This document shows positions 37,816 through 46,912 of a DNA stretch of 64,000 nt, piece after piece. This stretch comes from Myxococcota bacterium. Its GTDB lineage: Bacteria; Myxococcota_A; UBA796; CAJQPC01. The notes beneath the pieces are model-generated. The model was not told the DNA's origin. It worked only from the letters and a program-made list of their open reading frames with translations, and ran no database searches. The position numbers and the translations under genes are program-made. Position 1 is the stretch's first letter. Each line of letters opens with the position of its first letter. The DNA lies in the NCBI GenBank assembly GCA_036229005.1, contig JAZAMN010000057.1, positions 45,910-109,909 of the forward strand, in the 5' to 3' direction.

Positions 37816-38073
37816 GCGAGGGGCTGAGGCTACGCCCCCTGAGTGAGCGACTTTCTGAGGCTACGCCCCACCGGTGAGCGCTTGGGCCACCGATCCGCCC
37901 GTCCCAGCGCCCCCGAGGCCCGAAAAACAGCGGCTACGGCCCGCGGGTGAGCGATTCTCCGACCCAGCGCCGCAAAACGGTGGCCCGATCGCTCACTGAG
38001 CCCCCGTAGCCTCAAGGGAGCGCTCACCCAGACCCCGTAGCCACAAGGCGGCGCTCACTCAGACCCCGTAGCC
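37795..38073. repeat. Family A palindromic element
   Basis: Three GCTACG...TGAGCG units (31-bp period, e.g. 37824/37855) facing three CGCTCA...CGTAGCC units. Confidence 0.8.
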
Positions 38074-38144
38074 GTCCCCTCCAGCCCGCCACCCCCGCAA
38101 TATTCTCGCCCCGACAACGTCAGAGGGACCCAACCGGAGCCTCC

Positions 38145-38771
38145 ATGCTGTTCGCCCTGCTCGCCGCCTGCACCCTCTCCACCCCGGAGCCCCAGGCCGC
38201 GCAGCCCGCTCCCAGCCCTGCAATCGAGGCCGGCGCCAAGGCCGTGATCGGCCAGCCCGCCCCCGAGTTCGCCCTGCTGGATCTGGACGGCAAGCCCGTG
38301 AAGCTCTCCGATCACGCCGGCAAGGTCGTCGTCCTGGAGTGGTTCAACCCCGGCTGCCCCTTCGTCAAGGCCGCCTACAACGACGAGGTCCTGCCGCAGC
38401 TGCACGACCGCTACGCCAACCAGGAGGTCAGCTACCTGATGATCAACTCCGGCGCCGCGGGCAAGCAGGGCGCTGGCGTCGACGAGAACAAGCGCGCCGT
38501 CAAGAGCTGGGACATCAGCACCCCCGTCCTCCAGGACCCCAGCGGCGCGGTCGGCATGGCCTACGGCGCCAAGACCACGCCCCAGATCGTGGTCATCGAC
38601 CGCAGCGGCGTCGTGCGCTTCAACGGCGCTCTGGACAACGCCCCGCTCTCCAAGGTCGAGGGCACCCGCGTCCCCTACGCCGAGCAGGCCATCGACGCCG
38701 TGCTGGCCGGCGGCGACATCGAGACCACCAGCCCCAAGCCCTGGGGCTGCTCCGTGAAGTACGCCCAGTGA
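38145..38771 (+). CDS. Redoxin / AhpC-TSA family lipoprotein
   Basis: MLFALLAAC; APEFAL.D.DG, VVLEWFNPGCPFV, YGAKTTP and PWGCSVKY. Confidence 0.85.
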   Translation: MLFALLAACTLSTPEPQAAQPAPSPAIEAGAKAVIGQPAPEFALLDLDGKPVKLSDHAGKVVVLEWFNPGCPFVKAAYNDEVLPQLHDRYANQEVSYLMINSGAAGKQGAGVDENKRAVKSWDISTPVLQDPSGAVGMAYGAKTTPQIVVIDRSGVVRFNGALDNAPLSKVEGTRVPYAEQAIDAVLAGGDIETTSPKPWGCSVKYAQ

Positions 38772-39409
38772 GCGCCGTCGACCCCGCGAGCCTCGTCGCG
38801 CTGCAGCTCCTGCTGGTCCCCGGTGGGGTGCCCGGTCACGACGGCCCCGCCGCCGTCATCCAGGCCGAGCTCGCCCCCAAGTGGCACATCTACTGGGTCA
38901 ACAGCGGCGACACCGGCATGCCCACCGAGGTGGACTGGACCCTCCCCGAGGGCGTCCAGAGCGGCGCCGAGGTCTGGAGCGTCCCCCACGCCATCGAGCG
39001 CCCCGGCGGGCTCACCGACTTTGGCTACGAGGGCCACGCCACGATCGCCCTGCCCCTGAGCGGAGACACCGACAAGGCTGGCCAGATCACCGCCAGCGTC
39101 AGCTACCTGGTGTGCCGCGCCGACCAGTGCATCCCCGGTAGCGCCGAGCTGAGCGTGCAGGAGAGCCCCCGATCTCCTCGCCTGCACGAGCTGCCTGAGC
39201 CGCTGGAGTGCGACCGGGAGGCTGGAGAGGTGCGGATCCCGGTGCAGAGCACCTCGGCCCACCTCTTCCCCGACCTGTCCCTGGCCGAAGCCTGGAAGGA
39301 GCCTGAGCCCGCCGGCGAGGCGCTGCGGGTCGCCCTGGATCCCGCCGCACAGGGCGTTCTGCTCGTGCGGGACGGCAAGCGCCTGGGGAGCTGCACCCTC
39401 CAGGACTGA
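38768..39409 (+). CDS. DsbD N-terminal-like (protein-disulfide reductase) domain protein
   Basis: WHIYW.NSGDTG.P....W.LP, GYEG and LVC..QCIPG; GTGA overlap. Confidence 0.8.
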   Translation: MSAVDPASLVALQLLLVPGGVPGHDGPAAVIQAELAPKWHIYWVNSGDTGMPTEVDWTLPEGVQSGAEVWSVPHAIERPGGLTDFGYEGHATIALPLSGDTDKAGQITASVSYLVCRADQCIPGSAELSVQESPRSPRLHELPEPLECDREAGEVRIPVQSTSAHLFPDLSLAEAWKEPEPAGEALRVALDPAAQGVLLVRDGKRLGSCTLQD

Positions 39410-39533
39410 GCGCCGATTGTCCCAGAAAGCGGACAGCGCTCCCCAATCTCGGCACCTGCTCGCAGACTTTTCGGGACATAGGGTTGAACCCGAACGGGGC
39501 CGCCTGCCGCCCCGAATCCACTGCGAGGAATGC

Positions 39534-40616
39534 ATGTCCACCGATCTGTTCAGCCCCACGACCCTCGGCTTCCTGGAGCTCCCCAACCGCATCGTCATGG
39601 CCCCCATGACCCGCTCCCGGGCCACCGCCGATCACGTCCCCACCCCGATCATGGCTGAGTACTACGCCGCCCGCGCCGACGCTGGCCTGATCATCACCGA
39701 GGGGGTCGCTCCGGTGGCCAACGGCGTGGGCTACGCGCGCATCCCCGGACTCTACAGCGACGAGCAGCTCGCTGAGTGGCGCAAGGTGACCGACGCCGTG
39801 CACGCCAAGGGTGGCCGCATCGCCGTCCAGATCATGCACACCGGCCGCGTCAGCCACGCCGCCAACATGCCGGAAGGCACCCGCATCCTGGCCCCCAGCG
39901 CGATCGCGCTCGAGGGTGAGATGTACACCGACGCCGCCGGTCCCCAGGCCTACCCCGTGCCCGAGGCCATGACCGAGGCCGACATCGAGGAGGCCATCGC
40001 CGGCAACGTCAAGGCCGCCATCGCCGCCGTCGCGGTGGGCTTCGACATGGTCGAGATCCACGGCGCCAACGGCTACCTGATCGACCAGTTCATCTCCCCC
40101 AACATCAACCAGCGCACCGACGGCTGGGGTGGAGACATCAAGGGCCGCGCCCGCTTCGCCCTCGAGGTCGCCAAGCGCACCGTCGAGGCCATCGGCGCCG
40201 AGCGCACCGGCATCCGCCTGTCCCCCTTCGGCGTGTTCAACGGCGTGGTCCCCTGGGACGAGGTCGAGGCCGACTTCACCTGGCTCGCCGGTGAGCTGGG
40301 CAAGCTCAAGCTGGCCTACCTGCACATCGTCGACCACTCCGGCATGGGCGCCCCCGCCGTGCCCGAGAGCGTCAAGGTCGCCATGAGCGAGGCCTTCGGC
40401 GGCACCGTCATCCGCGTGGGTGGCTACGACCGCGCCAGCGCCGACGCCGACCTGGCCGCTGGCAAGGCCGACCTGATCGCCTTCGGCCGCCCCTTCGTGT
40501 CCAACCCGGACCTGGTCAAGCGCCTGGAGACCGGCGCCGAGCTCAACGCGCCCGACTTCAACACCTTCTACACGCCCGGTCCCAAGGGCTACACCGACTA
40601 CCCCACCCTGGACTGA
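39534..40616 (+). CDS. nemA: Alkene reductase (Old Yellow Enzyme, NemA-like)
   Basis: NRIVMAPMTRSRA, GLIITEG, EIHGANGYL.DQF, N.RTD.WGG, FGRPFVSNPDL and GYTDYP. Confidence 0.9.
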   Translation: MSTDLFSPTTLGFLELPNRIVMAPMTRSRATADHVPTPIMAEYYAARADAGLIITEGVAPVANGVGYARIPGLYSDEQLAEWRKVTDAVHAKGGRIAVQIMHTGRVSHAANMPEGTRILAPSAIALEGEMYTDAAGPQAYPVPEAMTEADIEEAIAGNVKAAIAAVAVGFDMVEIHGANGYLIDQFISPNINQRTDGWGGDIKGRARFALEVAKRTVEAIGAERTGIRLSPFGVFNGVVPWDEVEADFTWLAGELGKLKLAYLHIVDHSGMGAPAVPESVKVAMSEAFGGTVIRVGGYDRASADADLAAGKADLIAFGRPFVSNPDLVKRLETGAELNAPDFNTFYTPGPKGYTDYPTLD

Positions 40617-40654
40617 GGGCGACCGGGTGCGGCGTGGCGGGCTAAGGCTCCGTC

Positions 40655-43186
40655 ATGCCCACCCTGTCCTCCTTGATCCCCGAGACCGGCTTCTCCTCTG
40701 ACGATGAGGCCCTCGAGGCCTTCCTGGACTGGGTCATCGAGAAGGGCATCGAGCCCTACCCCGCCCAGGAAGAGGCCTTCCTGGAGCTCTTCTCCGACAG
40801 CTCCGTGATGCTCAAGACGCCCACGGGGTCGGGCAAGTCGCTGGTCGCCCTGGCCATGCACTTCCGGGCCTTCGCCTGGGGCAAGCGCTCGGTCTACACC
40901 GCCCCCATCAAGGCCCTGGTCTCCGAGAAGTTCCTGGCGTTGTGCGATGACTTTGGCGCAGAGGACGTGGGCCTGATGACCGGCGACGGCGCCGTGAACC
41001 GGGACGCCCCGATCATCTGCTGCACGGCCGAGATCCTGGCCAAGATGGCCCTCCGCCACGGCGATCAGACCCCCTTCGAAGCCGTCGTGATGGACGAGTT
41101 CCACTACTACGGCGACCGCGACCGCGGCATGGCCTGGCAGCTCCCTCTGCTGACCATGCCTCACGCCCGCTTCCTGCTGATGTCCGCCACCCTGGGCGAC
41201 ACCACCCAGATTGAAGAGGACATCGAGGAGCGCACCGGCGCCCCCGTCGCGGTCGTCAGCTCCAACCAGCGCCCGGTGCCGCTGGACTTCGAGTACTCGG
41301 AGCTCCCCCTGGAGTCCAAGCTCCAGAACCTGGCCTGGCATGGCAAGGCCCCCGTGTACGCCGTGCACTTCACCCAGCGGGAGGCCACCGCGCGGGCGCA
41401 GGCCCTGATGTCCTCGCGTCTGGCCGACAGCGACGAGAAGGCGGAGCTCAAGCGCGCGCTCAAGGGGGTGCGCTTCGACAGTCCCTTTGGCCCAACCCTC
41501 CGCCGCTACCTCGAACACGGCGTCGGCCTGCACCACGCCGGCCTGCTCCCCCGCTACCGCCTGGTGGTGGAGAAGCTCGCCCAGCGCGGCCGCTTCAAGG
41601 TCATCTGCGGCACCGACACCCTGGGCGTGGGCATCAACGTGCCCATCCGCACCGTCTTCTTCACCCAGCTCTGCAAGTACAACGGCCAGGTCACCGACAT
41701 CCTGAGCCGCCGCCACTTCAAGCAGATCGCCGGGCGAGCCGGCCGCCGGGGCTTCGACACCCAGGGCTACGTGGTCGCGCAGGCGCCCGCCTGGGTCATC
41801 GAGAACGCCCAGCTCTCCGAGGACATCGCCTCCGGCAAGAAGAAAAAGTCCAAGGTCCGCCGGAAGAAGCCCCCCACCCGCGGCTACAAGCACTGGGACG
41901 AGGAGACCTTCCAGCGCCTGATCGAGGGCGCCCCCGAAGAGCTCGACCCCCAGTTCGTGGTCGACCACGGCCTGGTGCTCTCCCTGCTGCAGAAGGCCGC
42001 CGAGCTCCCCGGCCACGACCCCATGGCCGAGCTCCACGCCCTCATCGACGCCGCCCACGTCTCCCAGAAGGAGAAGGAGCACCTGCACCAGCAGGCCGAC
42101 CAGCGCCTGGACGAGCTCGAGCAGGCCGGCGTCGTACAGATCAGCGGCGACCGCGTCCAGCTCGACGAGGGCCTGGACGACGACTTCTCCCTGCACCACA
42201 GCCTCTCGCTCTTCCTGGTCGAGGCCCTCTCCGACTACGACCCCGAGCACCCCGAGTACGTCCTGCAGGTGCTCTCCCTGGTCGAGTCCATCCTGGAGCA
42301 CCCCCGCCCCGTCATCGCCGCCCAGGTCAGCCGCGAGAAGGGCAAGCTGGTCGCCGCCCTCAAGGCCGACGGCGTCGAGTACGAGGAGCGCATGGCCATC
42401 CTGGAGGAGGTCACCCACCCCAAGCCCGACGCCGAGCGCATCTACGCCCTCTACAACGGCTTCCGCGAGCACCGCCCCTGGCTGACCGAAGACCCCATCC
42501 GCCCCAAGGCCATCGCCCGCGAGCTCTACGCCGAGCAGATCTCCTTCGCCAACTACGTGAACGACCTGCGCCTGGACCGCGTCGAGGGCGTGCTGCTCCG
42601 CTACCTCTCCCAGGTCTACCGCACCCTCCGCCAGAACGTCCCCGCCGCCTTCCGCACCCCCGACCTGGACGAAGCCGTCGCCTTCTTCCGCGCCCTGCTC
42701 GCCCGCGTCGACGACTCCCTGGTCCGCACCTGGGAGTCCATGCTCGAGCAGCCCGAGGACCCCAGCATCGAGCCCCCGCCCGTCGACATCTCCCGCGACG
42801 ACAAGGCCTTCCGCGCCCGCATCCGCGCCGAGCTCCACGCCCTGGTCCGCGCCCTGGCCGACGACGACTACGACGAGGCCGCCGCCCTCCAGCCCGAGCA
42901 CCCCGAGTCCCTGGACGCCCGCGCCCTCCGCGAGCTCCTCCAGCCCTTCACCGACGAGCACGGCCCCGTGATCTGGGACCCCCGCGCCAAGCAGGGCTGG
43001 ATGACCCGCCTCACCCCGGTCGAAGACCACCTCTGGCGCGCCTCCCAGACCCTCGTCCTGCCCGCCCAGCTCTCCGAGGAAGAGGAGGAGGAAGCAGGAT
43101 CCTGGTCCATCGAAGCCTGGGTCGACCTCCGGGACGACCGCAACCCCTCGGGCACCCTTGTACGGGTGTTCGCCGTCGAGGACTGA
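40655..43186 (+). CDS. Ski2-like DEAD/DEAH-box helicase with a DUF3516-type C-terminus
   Basis: PTGSGKS, TAPIKALVSEK, DEFHYY.D..RG.AW, SAT, HHAG, GTDTLGVGINVPIRT, QIAGRAGRRG and EG.LLRYLS..Y. Confidence 0.9.
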   Translation: MPTLSSLIPETGFSSDDEALEAFLDWVIEKGIEPYPAQEEAFLELFSDSSVMLKTPTGSGKSLVALAMHFRAFAWGKRSVYTAPIKALVSEKFLALCDDFGAEDVGLMTGDGAVNRDAPIICCTAEILAKMALRHGDQTPFEAVVMDEFHYYGDRDRGMAWQLPLLTMPHARFLLMSATLGDTTQIEEDIEERTGAPVAVVSSNQRPVPLDFEYSELPLESKLQNLAWHGKAPVYAVHFTQREATARAQALMSSRLADSDEKAELKRALKGVRFDSPFGPTLRRYLEHGVGLHHAGLLPRYRLVVEKLAQRGRFKVICGTDTLGVGINVPIRTVFFTQLCKYNGQVTDILSRRHFKQIAGRAGRRGFDTQGYVVAQAPAWVIENAQLSEDIASGKKKKSKVRRKKPPTRGYKHWDEETFQRLIEGAPEELDPQFVVDHGLVLSLLQKAAELPGHDPMAELHALIDAAHVSQKEKEHLHQQADQRLDELEQAGVVQISGDRVQLDEGLDDDFSLHHSLSLFLVEALSDYDPEHPEYVLQVLSLVESILEHPRPVIAAQVSREKGKLVAALKADGVEYEERMAILEEVTHPKPDAERIYALYNGFREHRPWLTEDPIRPKAIARELYAEQISFANYVNDLRLDRVEGVLLRYLSQVYRTLRQNVPAAFRTPDLDEAVAFFRALLARVDDSLVRTWESMLEQPEDPSIEPPPVDISRDDKAFRARIRAELHALVRALADDDYDEAAALQPEHPESLDARALRELLQPFTDEHGPVIWDPRAKQGWMTRLTPVEDHLWRASQTLVLPAQLSEEEEEEAGSWSIEAWVDLRDDRNPSGTLVRVFAVED

Positions 43187-43217
43187 CTGGGCCTGACCGT
43201 GTGCGAAACTCCCGGCC

Positions 43218-43736
43218 ATGCTCGCTCTGCTCCTGGCCCTCTCCACCGCCCACGCCACCCCTGACTGGACCTACCCCGAGCGGTCCTGGACCGTCAGCGT
43301 GGACCCGCTGACCCTGGCCCTGGGCTTCACCCACCTGCAGGTCGAGCGAGTGGTGGGCCCCCACTGGTCGGTCTACGGCAGCCCCCACCTCTTCGTCTTC
43401 CCCAGCCCCTTGCTGGCCGAGCTCCAGCAGCCATTCCGCGGCCTGGGGGCCGAGGCCGGCGTCCGCTACTTCTTCGACGACCACGCCCCCACCGGCTGCT
43501 GGGTCATGGCGCGCGGCGTGCTCGCCCACCTCAAGACCACCGAGGGCGCGGACACCCCAGGACTCACCTCAGCCGGCGGCTACGGCAGCGTGCTGGTGGG
43601 CTACACCGCCATCCTGGGCGAGCACCTGGTGCTCTCGGGCGGCGCCGGCGCGCAGTACCTGCGCTACCAGGTCGATGGGATGGGGGTGCTTGGGCCGGCG
43701 CCGGCGCTGCATACGAATGTTGGGTGGGCGTTCTGA
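43218..43736 (+). CDS. Putative outer-membrane beta-barrel protein (DUF3575-like)
   Basis: Signal peptide ..TAHA, amphipathic strands and C-terminal NVGWAF. Confidence 0.65.
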   Translation: MLALLLALSTAHATPDWTYPERSWTVSVDPLTLALGFTHLQVERVVGPHWSVYGSPHLFVFPSPLLAELQQPFRGLGAEAGVRYFFDDHAPTGCWVMARGVLAHLKTTEGADTPGLTSAGGYGSVLVGYTAILGEHLVLSGGAGAQYLRYQVDGMGVLGPAPALHTNVGWAF

Positions 43737-43740
43737 GGGA

Positions 43741-43967
43741 GTGGGGTTCCGGGTATCGGGTATCGGGGGTCAGGGGTCAGGGGTGTGCGCGGCGACTGGC
43801 GACCGGGGACCGGCAACCGCCGATGACGCCGGGCCGGGCTCGAGGCGCTGGTGGCAGCCGACTTGGGGGGGGCGTCTCGGGGAGGGTCCGGCACTGCGTG
43901 CGGGCCACGGAGGCGCGGTCGCAGGATGGGGTTCCGGGTATCGGGTATCGGGTATCGGGTATCGGGT
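43741..43967. repeat. Family B repeat (single copy) bounded by GGGTATC heptamer runs
   Basis: GGCGACCGGGGACCGGCAACCGCCGATGACGCCGGGCC... as in the array at 44881-45835. Confidence 0.85.
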
Positions 43968-44020
43968 AGGCGGAGACGCCGTCGTCGGAGGCCGCGGGCC
44001 GGAGCGATAGCGTTTCCCGC

Positions 44021-44880
44021 CCCGTTAGGTTCAGTCGGCCCGGCCAGCGGACAGGTGGGTTCAGCCATCGCCAGCAAGTGACAGTGTGGTCGTGGTGTTC
44101 GGGCTGCTCGGAGTGTCTCGGGCTGAACCCTGGTTGTTTCTGGACTTTGAGTTCTGTCCGGTCGGTATTTGGGGGCTTGCCTGCCGTTTCGGGGAACCGT
44201 CCAGCTATGGAGTTCTTCGTGGGTGGCTGGCGCCCAGCAGGCTAGGAAGGAGTGCCCCGGTCGCCGGTGTCCCGTTTCACGCGAGGTCGTTGACCAGCTG
44301 CAGAACGGCTGCAAAGAAGTCTTTGCGGCGGGTGGCGACAATGACGCGGTCCCCGTCTCCAACGTAGGAGATGGCGCCCAGTTGATTCAGGTGGTCCCAG
44401 AAAGCCGCCTGAAGCGGTCGCAACCAGTCGAGGACTCCAGTCTCCCAGGTTGGATCGAACGTAGATTCCAGCGTGCTTGGGGATTCTAGGTTGAACGTGG
44501 TGTACGTCACGAATCGGTTCGGAGGCGGAGCCAGTGGTGTTTCGTCGCCGGGGATGAAGTAGTACTCGTCATCGTGACTGGAGGGGATGTTTGCAAGCTC
44601 CGATGGATTTCGATGGAGCAGACCGCCACCTGCCTGAACCCAACCCTCCGCTGCATCTCTCGACGACAAGGTCGGGGCACTGCAATGAAGGGTCGCGAGC
44701 CAGAGCGCTTGCTCTGGGTGAAAGCGCAGCGCGAGGTCGACTGTCCTACGGATAGGGAGGGTGGTCACCAGCCACGAGTAGTCGCCGTGCTGGCCAGTGA
44801 AGATGCGGTCATCCCAGCTCATTGCCTGTGATCCTCGATGTTGGCGAGTACAAAGTGTAGGGCCGATTGAACCTAACGGG
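44021..44880 (-). mobile_element. Integron-cassette-like or IR-bounded foreign segment
   Basis: 20-bp inverted repeats CCCGTTAGGTTCAGTCGGCC (44021-44040) and GGCCGATTGAACCTAACGGG (44861-44880) containing GTTRRRY/RYYYAAC cores; visibly lower GC than the flanks. Confidence 0.5.
44277..44822 (-). CDS. Hypothetical protein (cassette-like gene)
   Basis: 181-aa ORF MSWDDRIF... with a GAGG RBS and atypical codon usage. Confidence 0.6.
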   Translation of the reverse strand: MSWDDRIFTGQHGDYSWLVTTLPIRRTVDLALRFHPEQALWLATLHCSAPTLSSRDAAEGWVQAGGGLLHRNPSELANIPSSHDDEYYFIPGDETPLAPPPNRFVTYTTFNLESPSTLESTFDPTWETGVLDWLRPLQAAFWDHLNQLGAISYVGDGDRVIVATRRKDFFAAVLQLVNDLA

Positions 44881-45835
44881 GGTGTGCGCGGCGACAGGCG
44901 ACCGGGGACCGGCAACCGCCGATGACGCCGGGCCGGGCTCGAGGCGCTGGTGGCAGCCGACTTGGGGGGCGTCTCGGGGAGGGCCCGGCACTGCGTGCGG
45001 GCCACGGAGGCGCCGGTCCCCGGATGGAGTGCCGGGTTCGGCCAGGAGCGCACGCCTCGGAGAGGAGCGGCGTGATGACTGAGACCTGAGACCCGATACC
45101 TGACCCCCGACGCTGAGCCCCCCTCACGGCGACAGGCGACCGGGGACCGGCAACCGCCGATGACGCACTGCCGGGCTCCCGCGTTGGTGGCAGCCGACTT
45201 GGGGGGGCGTCTCGGGGTGGGCCCGGCACCGCGTGCGGGCCACGGAGGCGCGGTCGCAGGATGGGGTTCCGGGTTCGGCCGGGAGAGCACGCCTCGGACA
45301 GGAGCGGCGTGATGACTGAGACCCGAGACCCGATACCTGCCCCCCGACGCTGAGCCCCCTCACGGCGACAGGCGACCGGGGACCGGCAACCGCCGATGAC
45401 GCCGGGCCAGGCCGAGGCGCTGGTGGCAGCCGACTTGGGGGGGCGTCTCGGGGAGGGCCCGGCACTGCGTGCGGGCCACGGGAGCGCCGGTCCCCGGATG
45501 GAGTTTCGGGTTCGGCCAGGAGAGCACGCCTCGGAGAGGAGCGGCGTGATGACTGAGACCTGAGACCCGATACCTGACCCCCGACGCTGAGCCCCCCTCA
45601 CGGCGACTGGCGACCGGGGACCGGCAACCTCCGATGACGCCGGGCCGGGCTCGAGGCGCTGGTGGCAGCCGACTTGGGGGGACGCCTTGGGGAGGGCCCG
45701 GCACTGCGTGCGGGGCACGGAGGCGCCGGTCCCCGGATGGAGTGCCGGGTTCGGCCGGGAGCGCACGCCTCGGAGAGGAGCGGCGTGATGACTGAGACCC
45801 GAGACCTGAGACCTGAAACCTGAGACCTGAGACCC
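44881..45835. repeat. Tandem array of four ~237-bp family B units
   Basis: Units start at about 44890, 45128, 45364 and 45602; the array ends in GAGACCT heptamers. Confidence 0.9.
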
Positions 45836-45885
45836 AAGCCCCCAAAGCGAGCCGCAACCCCTCCGTCGCATTAAACCTACCCCAC

Positions 45886-46341
45886 TTGCGACCGGAGGCC
45901 CCCCTGAGCATCGAGCACACCCGCCTGGAGATGCGTGAGCGCCTGCGCGAGCTGGGCCTGCGGGCGACCAGTCCCCGGCTGCAGGTCCTGTGTGCCCTGC
46001 ACCAGCACGCGGGGCCACTCTCGCACGAGGAGCTCACCGAGCGCCTGGGCGCCAGCGCCCTGGACCGGGCGACGCTCTACCGGATCCTCTCGCAGCTCTC
46101 CGAGAAGGGCCTGCTCAAGCGCATGGACCTCGGAGACAAGGTCTGGCGCTACGAGCTGCTGGATCACTGCCGCCGCATCTCCGACGACCACGCCCACTTC
46201 CTGTGCACCGACTGCGGCGCGGTCACCTGCCTGCCCGAGCTCGAGCTGCGCGCCGCCAAGGGCTCCCTGCCCGCCCAGCTCCAGGGCGCCGAGCTGCACC
46301 TCAAGGTGACGGGCCGCTGCGCGGACTGCGTGGCGCAGTGA
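45886..46341 (+). CDS. Fur-family transcriptional regulator (start 45886 or 45931)
   Basis: GLRATSPR..VL, LS.EEL, DRATLYR.L, HAHFLC..CG and G.C..C. Confidence 0.85.
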   Translation: MRPEAPLSIEHTRLEMRERLRELGLRATSPRLQVLCALHQHAGPLSHEELTERLGASALDRATLYRILSQLSEKGLLKRMDLGDKVWRYELLDHCRRISDDHAHFLCTDCGAVTCLPELELRAAKGSLPAQLQGAELHLKVTGRCADCVAQ

Positions 46342-46910
46342 GCCACCCCTTTGACCACGGCCCCAGCCTGCTGCTGGACAAGCCGCTGTGCATCACCGGG
46401 TTCATGGGCGCACGGGTGGACGCCACCGCCAAGGCGATCGCCGCCCTCTCCGGGCTGCCGGTGCTGGAGCTGGACCGCCAGATCGAACACGACAGCGGCA
46501 AGTCCATCGCCCACCTGGTCCTCCGTGAAGGCCAGGACAAGCGCCGACTCCTGGAGCGCGCCGCGCTGGACAAGGCCCTGAGCGGGCGCCCGCGCGTGAT
46601 CGCCCTGGGGGACGGTGCGCTGCTCGATCCGCGCAGCGCCGTGGCGGTCAGCCAGCGCGCCCGGCTGGTCTACCTGGAGTGGAGCATCATCGAGCTCAGC
46701 GCGGCCGTGCGGGAGCGCCTGGCCGAGAGCCCGGGCCGCTACCCCGAGCTCCCCGGTGCCGACCACATCAGCGCCCTGGGCCTGCAGCCCCTGCTCCAGG
46801 AGCGGCTGCCCGGCTACCTGCGCGCCGACCTCAGCGTGCCCGGCAAGGGGCGGCCGCCCTGGGCGCTGGCGCGGGAGATCCTGGCGTGGCTGGAGCCCCA
46901 GCTCGCCTGA
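46338..46910 (+). CDS. Shikimate-kinase-like protein with a degenerate P-loop
   Basis: ITGFMGA, LD..IE...GKSI, VIALGDG, VYL and ER.P.Y..AD; Walker A reads GFMGARVD instead of GFMGAGKS/T; GTGA overlap with fur. Confidence 0.7.
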   Translation: MSHPFDHGPSLLLDKPLCITGFMGARVDATAKAIAALSGLPVLELDRQIEHDSGKSIAHLVLREGQDKRRLLERAALDKALSGRPRVIALGDGALLDPRSAVAVSQRARLVYLEWSIIELSAAVRERLAESPGRYPELPGADHISALGLQPLLQERLPGYLRADLSVPGKGRPPWALAREILAWLEPQLA

Positions 46911-46912
46911 AC

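Noticed and set aside
40598..43258. 886-aa minus-strand ORF and similar long antisense ORFs (8394-10406, 11232-13085, 13643-15178, 24672-26714, 34610-36475)
   Set aside because: They overlap well-supported genes on the opposite strand, as expected in very GC-rich DNA.
44873..46037. ORFs running through the ~237-bp tandem array and the 48054-48947 repeat region
   Set aside because: The translations merely reflect the DNA repeats, frames shift between units, and there are no protein-like features.
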